Under the pieces are notes generated by a model. That model did not search any database, was not told where the DNA came from, and saw nothing but the letters and a program-made list of their open reading frames with translations. The position numbers were made by a program, and so were the translations under genes. A stretch of 64,000 nucleotides of DNA from an uncultured virus (IMG/VR IMGVR_UViG_2671181191_000004) (Duplodnaviria; Heunggongvirae; Uroviricota; Caudoviricetes), in IMG/VR virus record IMGVR_UViG_2671181191_000004; one strand, given 5' to 3'. Of this stretch, positions 50,138 through 60,573 are shown piece after piece. How positions within the stretch are numbered: the stretch's first letter is position 1; the number at the start of each line of letters is the position of its first letter.

Positions 50138-51506
50138 AAAGTCTTTTTCAGCCATTTATCCCGTCTTTCTCTGCACACCTCTAAGGTAGGCGCACAACAA
50201 GAAAACAACTCACCGTCTTCTGTACGATAGTCGTATTGGTACATTCTCACTCTCTTTCTGCCTAACTTCGTTGTGTAGGTAGTGTAATTCTCTTTACCGG
50301 GCTGGCATACGCTGCAACCGTTTTCATTTATTGAGTTCATAATCACTATATTTAATGTTTAGCATTCAATCTTTCTTCACTCGTATAAGCCACTACAAGA
50401 CCAGTTTCATCGTGCTGTATGGTGATGTACTTTTCGTTCTTGTCAATGGTAGTAAAGTCGTACATGGTACATAGCTTGCCCAATACTTTGCCCAGTTGCT
50501 TCATCAGTGGGGCTTCGGGGCTGATAACTAAAACTAAATCTGCTTTCATAATCGTGTGTATTTTGGTAACCCGAAGGCTACCGAGTTAAACCTTAATTAA
50601 TTCTTTCATATTTCTGCAATACGCTTACAGGTATACCATCGCTAACACCACAATCATTCTCAATTATACCAAAAGGCGTAATATTATTAGCAATCTTTTT
50701 ACATTCTGCTACACTTTCACCATCATATCTCTCGTAGGTTCTTAATACTGTATATATTACTTCAAGGCTACCGGGGTGAATTATTTCTTTGTACATCTCT
50801 TTCATAATCTTCTATATTGCGCAGGGCTTTCGCCCTGCTGGTTAAACCTTAGAATTTGTATTGAATTGTATCAAGAGGATTAGCACCATTAGAAACTGCT
50901 ACTTCAAATGCTTCTTCAATGGTTGTCTTACCTGTTGCTATCTCGTGACGTGTTTCACTTTCTGCAAAACCGTTGCCTTTAACTTCTTCTGACCATGTGT
51001 AAAAAACTACTGTAATCATTGCTCTATATCTTTGTGGTGGGGTTATTAGCCCCACCAATTAAACTTATAATATCGTAATCTCTTTGTTGCCTATCTCTGT
51101 ATCTACATTCAGAACCTCATACTTTTGAGCCCTGTAATTATAAACGATCTCACAAGTATTGAAACCTCTACCATCTTCTCTTTGGTCATATATAGTATTT
51201 ATATGCTGATACATTTTATTGCCTAACATAAAGTTTATCTTGCCTGATGTACAGAAGTAGAATGCTACTGCATACTTCAATGTTTTCTTTTCATCAATCT
51301 TCTTTGTTGCCATGATTGTATATTTAAGCATTAATACCAATTGCGTTTCTCATAAAGTCACTTGCTTGTTCTACTGACATACCTAGTTTCTTTTGAATCA
51401 GAAGAAGCATACAGCTTACTTGTTCTTCTGTATCTAAGTTACCTTGTGCAAACTCTGACATGATGAACTTCTCTATCATTCTTTGTTTAATTACTGATGC
51501 TGCCAT
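50134..51506 (-). other. Cluster of six small hypothetical genes (approx. 50134-50346, 50352-50549, 50593-50805, 50849-51019, 51065-51313, 51324-51506)
   Basis: Co-oriented ~55-85 aa ORFs divergent from the XRE gene at 51681. Confidence 0.7.
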
Positions 51507-51680
51507 AATCGTATATTTTTTAATTGTTATTACTTCGTTTCTGATGATGCAAATGTAAGGTATATACATCACACAGCAAAACAACAAGTGATATTAATTA
51601 TCACTATTAACATTATTTAGTGATATATATATATCACACATACACAATAAACGTATCTTTGCAAAAAGAAAAAACTAATT

Positions 51681-51980
51681 ATGAATAGAATCAAAGAAGT
51701 AATTAAAGAACAGGGCTTCACTATAACAAGCCTTGCAGATAAATTAGGAATCGCACGTGAGAGCCTTTCACGAATGATAGTATCGCCATCATACCCAACA
51801 CTTGAAAAGATTTCCAATGCGCTGAATGTTCCGATATGGCAACTATTTGTTTCACCAGTAGAAGTCACAGGAGAAGGTGAACTAACCGCCCTCATCCAAC
51901 ACAAAGGAGACTTCTATAAAGCCAGTACCATAGAAGAACTGGAACAAATTGTAGCTGAAATCAAAGATAAAGCCAATTAA
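51681..51980 (+). CDS. XRE-family HTH regulator
   Basis: RIKEVIKEQGFTITSLADKLG...PSYPTLEKIS. Confidence 0.88.
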   Translation: MNRIKEVIKEQGFTITSLADKLGIARESLSRMIVSPSYPTLEKISNALNVPIWQLFVSPVEVTGEGELTALIQHKGDFYKASTIEELEQIVAEIKDKAN

Positions 51981-52017
51981 AGTTGTTATATATGTAAACT
52001 TTTACTATATTTGCATC

Positions 52018-52353
52018 ATGAAAAAAGAAAGAGAGATATTATATTATGAGAGTTACTTTATAGACTTCTTCATGTCATTAGAGGATGGAGCAAAGAAAAA
52101 AGTATCTTATGTGCTTGATATGCTCAAGACACAAGAGCGACAGAATAAAAACTTCGTGAAATTCATACGCGAGGGTGTATATGAATTAAGAGCAAGCCAT
52201 AACGGAAATATTTATCGTGCTTTCTTTATCTTTGATGATGGGAACATCGTAATGCTGTTTAACGGTTTTCAAAAGAAGACCCAGAAGACACCTGAAAGTG
52301 AAATTAATAAGGCTTTAAAACTTAAAAATGAATATTATGCAAGCAAATCCTAA
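52018..52353 (+). CDS. RelE/HigB-like toxin (phage Gp49-like)
   Basis: GVYELR...YRAFF...NGFQKKTQKTPESEI. Confidence 0.85.
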   Translation: MKKEREILYYESYFIDFFMSLEDGAKKKVSYVLDMLKTQERQNKNFVKFIREGVYELRASHNGNIYRAFFIFDDGNIVMLFNGFQKKTQKTPESEINKALKLKNEYYASKS

Positions 52354-52639
52354 AATTGGAAGTATGGATGCCGTATTAGACAAATTATACGGCAAAGTTG
52401 GCTCACCTGAAAGGGAGGAGTTTCGCAAAGAGGCATACGCTTATTGTGTGGGGCAAATGATTAGTGACGCACGTAAACAAGAAAAAATGACACAATCTGA
52501 ACTTGCGGAAAAGGTCGGTACTAATAAAACTTATATATCAAGGATCGAAAAAGGAGTTATAGAACCAGGAGTTGGTTTATTCTTTCGCATCATTGATGCA
52601 CTGGGACTTAAAATAGAAATCGTCAAGCCCATATTATAA
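52328..52639 (+). CDS. HigA-like HTH antitoxin
   Basis: MTQSELAEKVGTNKTYISRIEKG; overlaps the toxin gene. Confidence 0.85.
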   Translation: MNIMQANPKIGSMDAVLDKLYGKVGSPEREEFRKEAYAYCVGQMISDARKQEKMTQSELAEKVGTNKTYISRIEKGVIEPGVGLFFRIIDALGLKIEIVKPIL

Positions 52640-52923
52640 TGGATAAACAAGAACTATTCATCTGCGCTTGTAACAGCGTAGAACACCAATTGATAATGTC
52701 ATATTTCGCGGATGAAGAAGACAGGGAAGTATATTGCAGCGTGCATCTAAAACCGGAAAGAAACATATTTAAACGGATATGGAAAGCCATAAAATACATA
52801 TTTGGTCATCGGAGTATCTACGGTGATTTTGATGAATTCATTTTCAAACAGGAAGATGCAGACAGATTGCAACAGATAGCCGACTATCTCAAAACTTGTA
52901 AAGAAAGAAAGCCGGAGCACTAA
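52639..52923 (+). CDS. Hypothetical protein
   Basis: 94 aa, coupled to the antitoxin gene. Confidence 0.65.
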   Translation: MDKQELFICACNSVEHQLIMSYFADEEDREVYCSVHLKPERNIFKRIWKAIKYIFGHRSIYGDFDEFIFKQEDADRLQQIADYLKTCKERKPEH

Positions 52924-52957
52924 CCCCGGCTTTCTTTTTCGTGCTATGGTAGCACCT

Positions 52958-53395
52958 TCAATTGATTAGCCCTTTGAATTTTAACCGATTTACGATTTCT
53001 GTGTAAAGATAATCTATATCCGCACGATAATCCTTATAATTGTTATAGTTAAACGTGACATTAACGTAAAGGTTAGAAATTCCTGTAGGGGCTTTAAATC
53101 CCAATATGCCGGCAAGTATATCACGTACCCCTCTGGCAATCTTTCCACCTGCTAATGCACTTGGGGAATAAAGGAAAAGAATTATAAAGATGAATTTCTG
53201 CCGGAAGCTGGAACCGGCTCTTCTCTCAGGTAATCCGCAATTCCCCACAATTTCACAGTACCATTTGAATATTGTAGGAATAATACTTAGATCTAACAAA
53301 ATAGGTTTGGTTAACTCTTGTTCTCTTTCCGATAATCTTGATTTCTGCTCTCTAATATATTTTAACTCCGATATCGCTGAAAATTCCTTCACCAT
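52958..53395 (-). CDS. Hypothetical protein, possible late-gene transcription regulator
   Basis: Last early-strand gene before the packaging region; possible HTH RDILAGILGFKAPTGISN. Confidence 0.4.
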   Translation of the reverse strand: MVKEFSAISELKYIREQKSRLSEREQELTKPILLDLSIIPTIFKWYCEIVGNCGLPERRAGSSFRQKFIFIILFLYSPSALAGGKIARGVRDILAGILGFKAPTGISNLYVNVTFNYNNYKDYRADIDYLYTEIVNRLKFKGLIN

Positions 53396-53793
53396 AACAC
53401 AATTATTTTAAAAGTAAATAGTATATTTGCACTATAATCGTGTGAGGGAGGATTGAGTGGTCGTGCGCTTGGTTCTCCTTTCTTATTTTACAGATTTATT
53501 CTTTTTCATAATAATCCTATTCTTTTCATTCACTTCCCTACTCCACATAATAGCGGAATAAATAGCTTTCGCATATAAAAAGAGTTCCTCACGACTGGTA
53601 AGGAACTCTACCCTAAAGGCTGCGCATTTTGCATCAGTCCAAACATTTTTATCTATCTTCATTGCTCATTAGTTAATTTTATATATTTATAATGTTAACA
53701 GTTAACATATATATTTGCCTGCTAAACCATGTTATAAGATGGCTGAACAAAGGCTGATAATTTGCATAATTCCTGTAAATCCGTACCTTTGCA

Positions 53794-53862
53794 ATGTGTT
53801 TTTCATAGTATTAGATTAAGGTTAACAAAAGATTGGCTGTCTGGGATAGATAGCCTTTTTTT
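53794..53862 (+). ncRNA. Candidate ~65-nt small RNA
   Basis: TTTG-N19-TACCTTTG promoter (53761-53791); terminator GGCTGTCT/AGATAGCC + T7; no ORF between them. Confidence 0.6.
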
Positions 53863-53971
53863 GTTTAGTATCACTTCAACAAATTAATCTCAAGAAATAG
53901 TCTCTATAGATATTCATCTTTTTATCTATCTTTGTGCACTATTTAATAAGTCACCTTTAATACAATTGATT

Positions 53972-54067
53972 ATGTTAGCTCGTATTTTTGTCATGGTTGT
54001 AGCCGGTGTTATTATTGTATACGTAGTGCGCTGGATAGATAGTATGTTCTCTAATTGGAAAAGGTAA
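53972..54067 (+). CDS. 31-aa hydrophobic peptide (type I toxin-like)
   Basis: MLARIFVMVVAGVIIVYVVRWIDSMFSNWKR*; TATCTTTG box upstream. Confidence 0.5.
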   Translation: MLARIFVMVVAGVIIVYVVRWIDSMFSNWKR

Positions 54068-54114
54068 CTTTCAAATATCGGGTATTGATAATAAGTCACC
54101 TCTTTTCTGATTAG

Positions 54115-57100
54115 TTATGATTGTTGTTCATCGTTCAGTATGTTATCAATCAAATTGTCTATTTCTTGATTGGATAGAAATTGTTTACCTACATCCTTTT
54201 GCTTCTGAAGTTCAACTTTAAGCCTACTTTCTATCCTTCCCAATGCAGAACAAGTGTTCTTATCAGGATAATACCAGTCTATCGAACTACATACAATTAG
54301 CTTTATGTGGTCTAATTCCAGACTATCAGGGCAATGTTCATTGAGATAATCTAAGTCTTCTTTGATTAACTTCTCGTATGCCTCCTTACTCATCTTTATG
54401 CTCATATTTTTATACTTTTGAGAAAGAAAATAACTCAGTTCCATTTAAGTTACGAATTAAGTTTTTCAATAAATTGTTTCACAGTAGGGCAATCCCTACC
54501 TATGCATACATCTGCGCAATCGCAGCACCAATCTGATTTGTACTCACAGTTTTCTATATAAGATTCAATAGCTTTCTGTTTCATCTCTTCCCCAGCAAGA
54601 TAGAAAGCCTTTTCAAAGGTTTCCAATACAGCCTTTCTTACAACAGAGGTAGCTACACATACACTTTTTTGATGAGCTATTTCGGCTCTTACCTTATAAT
54701 CGCTATTGCTCCAATGCTCAGAAGCATATTTAGATACATTTTTATTCATTCCTACATCGATTTTGAATTTACTTGTACCAGCGTCCACCGCAATATTTAC
54801 ATACGAAATAATTCCCCATACTCATCACCTGAACTTTTTCATCAACGCATATACGACACATACAAATCTTGTGGTCGCCATCGGATTGCGGCTGTTGGAT
54901 TCTATCATATTCCCAAAATGAGAGTTTCCCTTTAGCTGGTATTGGTTCAGGGAAAAGAATAGGATTAGCCAATACCCAATTGTATGCACCTTTATCTGCC
55001 CAAACAGATGCATAGTTCTGTACACAGTCTACAATCTCCACGCTACCGATGATGGAGCCAAAAGGAAGATCGTTGAAACCTATACGACTCATAGGTGTAT
55101 TAAGCACCTTTAGTCTTTGGTTTGGCTGTAAACATCCAAATTTGGAAATATCCCCCTTTACACTTGAATGTATCAGTACACGTCCACGGAAATTTGTTTG
55201 CCAACTCCGGTTCTCAATGTCCTTGATACCGTGGACTATCAAGGATGCCCACGGTTGCTTTATTGTTATTGCTTTCATTTCTATTCTTTATGAAGTTAAA
55301 TCGTTCAATTCATATTCATACCTTCGGAAGAACCTTCCATCTTTAGTCATAACAACATAAGTTATAAACGATACGTCCGACTTGTTTAAAGTCTCTACAA
55401 CAATTACTTCTGCCTCTAACAGGTCTCCATTCTTAGTGAACTTGACCTTGTCACCAATATTAAATTTAGTCTCTATTTTCATGGCGTTTAATCTCCCATT
55501 TCCTCAATTATTTCATCGAAAGAGGGGATAGGCATCCATTCCATAGTGTTTTTCTACAGCTTCTATAGCCGCTTGTTCTAATGTCTGTTTCATATCAATC
55601 TCTTATTCGTTTATATTAGGAATCTGACCAAATTTCATATAGTAGTCTATATTTTCATGCGGAGAGCTTTCTTTTCCGTTTATTATATCAACTACATGAT
55701 TCCATGAACGCATTACATTCCGATCCAAACATGATTCTCTTTTTGAAGAATCAAGCGCATTTGCTACCATCCGAAGCGTATTAGCTATTTCTTTAAGCTC
55801 CCAAAGAGGAACATTAATGGTTTTCGTTGATTCGCTCATATCCGGTTTGGTTATTATTTAAATGTAAACCTCTTAACAACTTCTTCATCCACATCAGGAA
55901 GCGCTCTGTATTGGCATTCAGTTGCAAGTATTATTCTTCCGTCGCAAAGACGAATAATAGTTCGGAATGGCAATTCTCTATCATCCCGAATTATTACGCC
56001 AGGAATTGTATTTTCCGCTTTGTAGAAAAAGCAAACTTCCACTTTACGGCCAATACCTCCCATTTGACTTTCCTCTACTGAATATTGTTTAGGAAAACTA
56101 TTTACATCTATCTTTTTCTCAATTCCCATAATACTTTCATATTTATCAAGTTACACGTTAATAGACATTCTTTTAATATGCGCAAAACAATCATCCATAG
56201 CCTTGTCAAAAACTTCTTGACTTATGATATTTTTCTCAATCCGTTCCACGTATTCACCTGCGTAAGATGCAAGTTGGATGCTTGAATCACTATTACTTAC
56301 ATCTTCTCTATTGTCAAAATATACATGTATACAATCAAATACCACTTCATCACCGATTTCATCAGTATTTACCCTAACTATCGCTGTGATTTTTTCATAA
56401 GAAGTATGCGCCAGGTGAATACACTTTCCAACGAGATATTGATATTTTGCCTTTTTTTTATCGGCTTCCTGTTTCTTTAGCTTCTGTATTTCAGCTTCTA
56501 ATTTCTGTATTCTGTTCATATCTACTTAGTTTTTAATGTTTCACGAATAAACTCTCTCATTTCTCGAATTGTCAGTTTTTTCCAGAATGGGAAAGTTTTT
56601 GATCCTATTATATCATTGCTGTGTATCTTTCTAAGCTCAAGAGTTACTTTTTCGGATTCAAAAATTGGGCGCATTGGTCTGAGGACATAGGTATTTTCCC
56701 ATTTATTAGCCTTGTTCCATTTGTCCCAAAAAGAAAATTGTTCATCATTGTATTTCCATGATGGAAATTTGTCTGACAGTTCTAAAGGTATGTTATAGTA
56801 TCCTACATTTTCCCACCATGCCAAGCTTCCATCTTCTGTGCTTTTTAGAAGACACTTAGTGTATTTACCAGCTTCCTCTTTAACATCGACAACCCACGAT
56901 AAATACCATTTAGTAGTTGGCGCTGCCATAAGTCGTACAAGGCTTCCAATCGGAGGTGCACCCCCTATCTTTACAGATTCAAAACCACTACCTTCACTAA
57001 AAGGAGGAAAGTATTTGCCATCATACAGGGTATTGGTGCAGAAGGTTATTACATAATTCAGTATCTCCAGTCTTGCCCGGCTGAACGTTTCATGCTTCAT

Positions 57101-57306
57101 ATTTAAATTGATTTAAATTATTCAATTTCACAGATATAACCATTCTCACGCATATAATCTGAAATATCGTCTTTGGATATGGAATCCAGTAATTTAGTAG
57201 AATCTCTTTCATCGACTTCTGCTGTTACTCTGACATATCCATTTCCAGCCATACTTGTCTCTATCTGAACGCTTGTCGCATCCACATCTATTGATATTGT
57301 TTTCAT
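54115..57306 (-). other. Nin-like cluster of small early/middle hypothetical genes (e.g. 55288-55482, 55603-55839, 55854-56129, 56151-56519, 56522-57100, 57118-57306)
   Basis: Tightly packed co-oriented ORFs downstream of the replication genes. Confidence 0.7.
54769..55278 (-). CDS. ASCH domain protein
   Basis: TIKQPWASLIVHGIKDIENRSW. Confidence 0.85.
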   Translation of the reverse strand: MKAITIKQPWASLIVHGIKDIENRSWQTNFRGRVLIHSSVKGDISKFGCLQPNQRLKVLNTPMSRIGFNDLPFGSIIGSVEIVDCVQNYASVWADKGAYNWVLANPILFPEPIPAKGKLSFWEYDRIQQPQSDGDHKICMCRICVDEKVQVMSMGNYFVCKYCGGRWYK

Positions 57307-57326
57307 ATTGTACTTTTTAGAACTAT

Positions 57327-57962
57327 TTATTTCTTCGGATAACGATTAATTTCAGCTTGAATATAATTAGCTGGTACATGATACCTTTCTACTACGGTTC
57401 GGCGTTCTTCAATTTCCCGAAAGTTACGTCCTCTAATGATGATGTCCATTTCTTCGCTCCGCTCACGGAGAAACTTCCTAAATGCTTCACCGACAGTTAT
57501 CGTATCGAAATACCCGTAAAACTTACCGTATTTTCCAAGTTTGAAGCGGGCGATAAATAAAAGAAACTCTGTCAACTTAATATAGTGATACTGAGCAACA
57601 AACAATCGGGAAAATTCACTCAGAGCGTCTATATCAGCACTCTCTTTCGTAGAAGAAGCGAAATCAATAGTCAATAGTTGAGTCTTCACCCACAATGAGG
57701 AAGAATCGCAGCCATACATTCGCTCAAGATCAGACATTGTAGGAGATTTCTCACTGTAAGCCTTTTCCATATCCGAAAGAATAATCGTTTGAAGCGAAGT
57801 GGAATAGGCAGAGGAAAAAGCCTTAAAGGTCGGGTATCTCTGTTTGATGGTCGATAGCAGAACTTCCCTGTTCGATGGCTGCATACTCGTCAAGGAGCAT
57901 TCTTGCCTTTGCTGCCTTATCAGCATTCCGATTGTTTTGTCCTTGGATTCCTGTTTTTCCAT
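57327..57962 (-). CDS. Replication-associated hypothetical protein
   Basis: Directly after the initiator-like gene; start uncertain. Confidence 0.55.
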   Translation of the reverse strand: MEKQESKDKTIGMLIRQQRQECSLTSMQPSNREVLLSTIKQRYPTFKAFSSAYSTSLQTIILSDMEKAYSEKSPTMSDLERMYGCDSSSLWVKTQLLTIDFASSTKESADIDALSEFSRLFVAQYHYIKLTEFLLFIARFKLGKYGKFYGYFDTITVGEAFRKFLRERSEEMDIIIRGRNFREIEERRTVVERYHVPANYIQAEINRYPKK

Positions 57963-58799
57963 ACTTGATGTTTAACCATTCTTGATAATCACGTTCAGTT
58001 CCCGTAAATACTACACCAGTCCAACCGGATTCGATTGCCCTCTCAATTTGCCTAATGGCAAACTCTTCTTCAAAATTAGAAAGTTTATTAAGCGAAAGCT
58101 GCAACGCATAGTTGAGCTTATTTTTCCACTTCGGAGTATTTCGTAAAGTTTCCCAAGCAGACATGAAAGCTATCGAAGAAAAAGGATAAACTAAAGGCTT
58201 TTTATCTCCATCTTTTTTCCGGGACTTCTTTGGCTTTTCGGGTGGGGGGCTCTCGTGCGTACGCGCGAGACTCTCTTCGTTTATAGTTTTAATATCTATA
58301 ATAGGTGGAATTTGCATTTCATCAGTACCATTTACCGATGATATTACCGGAGTAGTACTTTTATCATCGGTATTTTCATCAGTACGTAGTACCGAAGAAA
58401 TTACCATGTCATTTACTGATGATTGAGCTTTCTCTATCTGGACATCTTCGGTATTTTCTTCGGTATTTTCATCAGTACCATTTACCGATGATATTGCTGA
58501 TGTTTTCATATCGTTACTCAGAACTGATAGAAAAGAGTAGTAACACCCTACCCTTTTATCCCGGCATGATTCGAAAGATATTAGCCCTGTGTCAGCAAGC
58601 GCTTTGCGTGATTTTCGCAATGTTTTATCCCATATATTCAATGATGTACATAAAACAGAGCTACGAGCCTCAAATACTTCCTTCCACCCCTTTTCATTGC
58701 AAATAGATATTAACTCATAGTAAAGGGCCTGATCTATTGCCGTGAGGTATGTATCAGCCGAACCTTACGAAGTTTGGATATTAGTTGATAGCTATTCAT
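57823..58799 (-). CDS. Replication initiator-like protein; frameshift near 58760
   Basis: N-terminal wHTH-like segment (MNSYQLI...DQALYYEL) joins ORF 57823-58641 with one extra G; internal DNA repeats. Confidence 0.6.
58317..58495. repeat. Iteron-like direct repeats, putative origin
   Basis: Exact 29-mer TTTCATCAGTACCATTTACCGATGATATT at 58317 and 58467; degenerate copy near 58374. Confidence 0.6.
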
Positions 58800-59089
58800 A
58801 AACGGAAATATCTATTTGCTGCACATTCATCAAAAGACTTCACACGCTCTATAAGCCGCTTTTGCTTTTGTCTGAAGGCTAAATTATTGTCATACTTATT
58901 GTGGCATTCCCGGCACAATCCAACAATATTGAGAGGATTAGTGTAGTGCTCAGGGTATTCCGATTTTGGCACTAAATGGGCAGCGTCAGACATCAACCTG
59001 CCACAAATTGCACAATATGGAGATAGGGTTTTCTTTATTTCAGCAACCTGCCTATTCCGCTGTGCCTGCTTTCTGCTTATCTGCTTCAT
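58796..59089 (-). CDS. HNH endonuclease
   Basis: CAICG...AHLVP...NIVGLCRECHNKYD. Confidence 0.8.
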   Translation of the reverse strand: MKQISRKQAQRNRQVAEIKKTLSPYCAICGRLMSDAAHLVPKSEYPEHYTNPLNIVGLCRECHNKYDNNLAFRQKQKRLIERVKSFDECAANRYFRL

Positions 59090-59145
59090 AAAAATAGATT
59101 TTAAAGAAAGTTCCCGGATACCAAACCAATGGACACCGGGATAAT

Positions 59146-59409
59146 TTATCTACCATGTTTCATTCTATGGCAATCTTCACACAGCGTTTCAAGACAATAC
59201 AAGAATTCTAATTCGTGACCAACAATAGAATATCCTGCAATGTCATAGACTTTGTGATGAACCTCCAAATTGTATGTCTTACCACACACCTGACATTTAT
59301 GCCCATCACGAATTCTAACCTTACGCTTTACCTCTTCCCAATACGGATTATTCCTCAGGCTCTGCCGGTATTTCGTCGGCCTCCCCTTCTTGTGCTTCAG
59401 TCTGTTCAT
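59146..59409 (-). CDS. HNH endonuclease
   Basis: RDGHKCQVCG...EVHH...TLCEDCH. Confidence 0.8.
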   Translation of the reverse strand: MNRLKHKKGRPTKYRQSLRNNPYWEEVKRKVRIRDGHKCQVCGKTYNLEVHHKVYDIAGYSIVGHELEFLYCLETLCEDCHRMKHGR

Positions 59410-60172
59410 CTTCTTTCCTCCATGGGCTTTCTTCAATTGCTACTCTATGCCATTCATGGCGTTGTACAGGAACTACCTCTCCGCTATCTTCATCTAAAAA
59501 GTCCTCGATCCAATGTTCTAACCAAACATCCTGACCGTCTTCTTCCCAGACTTCAACAACATTCTCATCCTTGCCAAATTTGCGAAGGTTCTTTCTCGTA
59601 TCCTTCACATCTATATCAGGTAAATCATAACCAAGTGCTTTAAAGGCTTCCTGATTCATTTCTCCCGAATTAAACAAGTCGTTGTATTCATGCTTTGGTA
59701 TTTCTTGGACCAATGCCAGCCGAAATGCATCATTTACCCATGAATAATACAGGTAATGCCCCATCACAGGAATACGAAAGGTATCAATCATCTTTAAAGG
59801 ATAATCCTTAATACCTTTCTTTGCCAAGTTCACAAGGTCTTTGAACTGGGTATGTAAGGCAGAAATCTTTGCCTCAAAGTCTTTCTTCTCTGTATTAAAC
59901 TTGGCTTTCAAAGATTCGAACTGTGCTTCAAGTTCCGGAATCTGTTCCTCGGCAATCTCACCATAATTCGCACGGATAGTTGAGATTTCATAATCGTCCA
60001 TCACCCGGTTAGCGATTACGTCTTTCTCTTGAATGGTAACGAAACTCTCAGCAAGCTTCTTCTTTACATCATCCATAGAGACACAATCAGAAAAAATCAC
60101 TTCGGGAAATTTCACGGTGGCAGGGAGCTTAAATTTAAGTTCCTCCGGTACATAGTCTTTTAAATCAATCAT
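59348..60172 (-). CDS. Hypothetical protein
   Basis: 274 aa, coiled coil, acidic tail. Confidence 0.7.
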   Translation of the reverse strand: MIDLKDYVPEELKFKLPATVKFPEVIFSDCVSMDDVKKKLAESFVTIQEKDVIANRVMDDYEISTIRANYGEIAEEQIPELEAQFESLKAKFNTEKKDFEAKISALHTQFKDLVNLAKKGIKDYPLKMIDTFRIPVMGHYLYYSWVNDAFRLALVQEIPKHEYNDLFNSGEMNQEAFKALGYDLPDIDVKDTRKNLRKFGKDENVVEVWEEDGQDVWLEHWIEDFLDEDSGEVVPVQRHEWHRVAIEESPWRKEDEQTEAQEGEADEIPAEPEE

Positions 60173-60195
60173 TGTTCTTTGTTTTTTATTAATTT

Positions 60196-60573
60196 TCAGA
60201 AGGGTAAATCATCATCTTGTGTGGTAGTAGTTGGTGCGTTGACAGTATCCAAATTGTTTTCCCTAAAAGGTTTCATGTTCCCAATGAATGGTTTAGCATC
60301 CAACACTTCCTTGGTTTCACGTTCTCGATAATCCTTAGAGAAGCTTTGTCGTATTGTATGCGTTTGTCCATACCGACTGACTTCTTTACGCTCATAAACA
60401 TTAATTCCCAGATAAACCCCTTCAGCTTTCAAGTCTGTCCCTACCTTTACATATAAATCGTTCTCTTGAATAGGGATTACAACACATTTTATTCCGCGAA
60501 TAGTGGCTATACCAGCCATATCCATCTTTAGTAAATTGATGTTTCCTGTTAGATTCATATTATTCAAAATCAT
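60196..60573 (-). CDS. Putative single-stranded DNA-binding protein
   Basis: C-terminal DDDLPF tip; next to the exonuclease. Confidence 0.55.
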   Translation of the reverse strand: MILNNMNLTGNINLLKMDMAGIATIRGIKCVVIPIQENDLYVKVGTDLKAEGVYLGINVYERKEVSRYGQTHTIRQSFSKDYRERETKEVLDAKPFIGNMKPFRENNLDTVNAPTTTTQDDDLPF

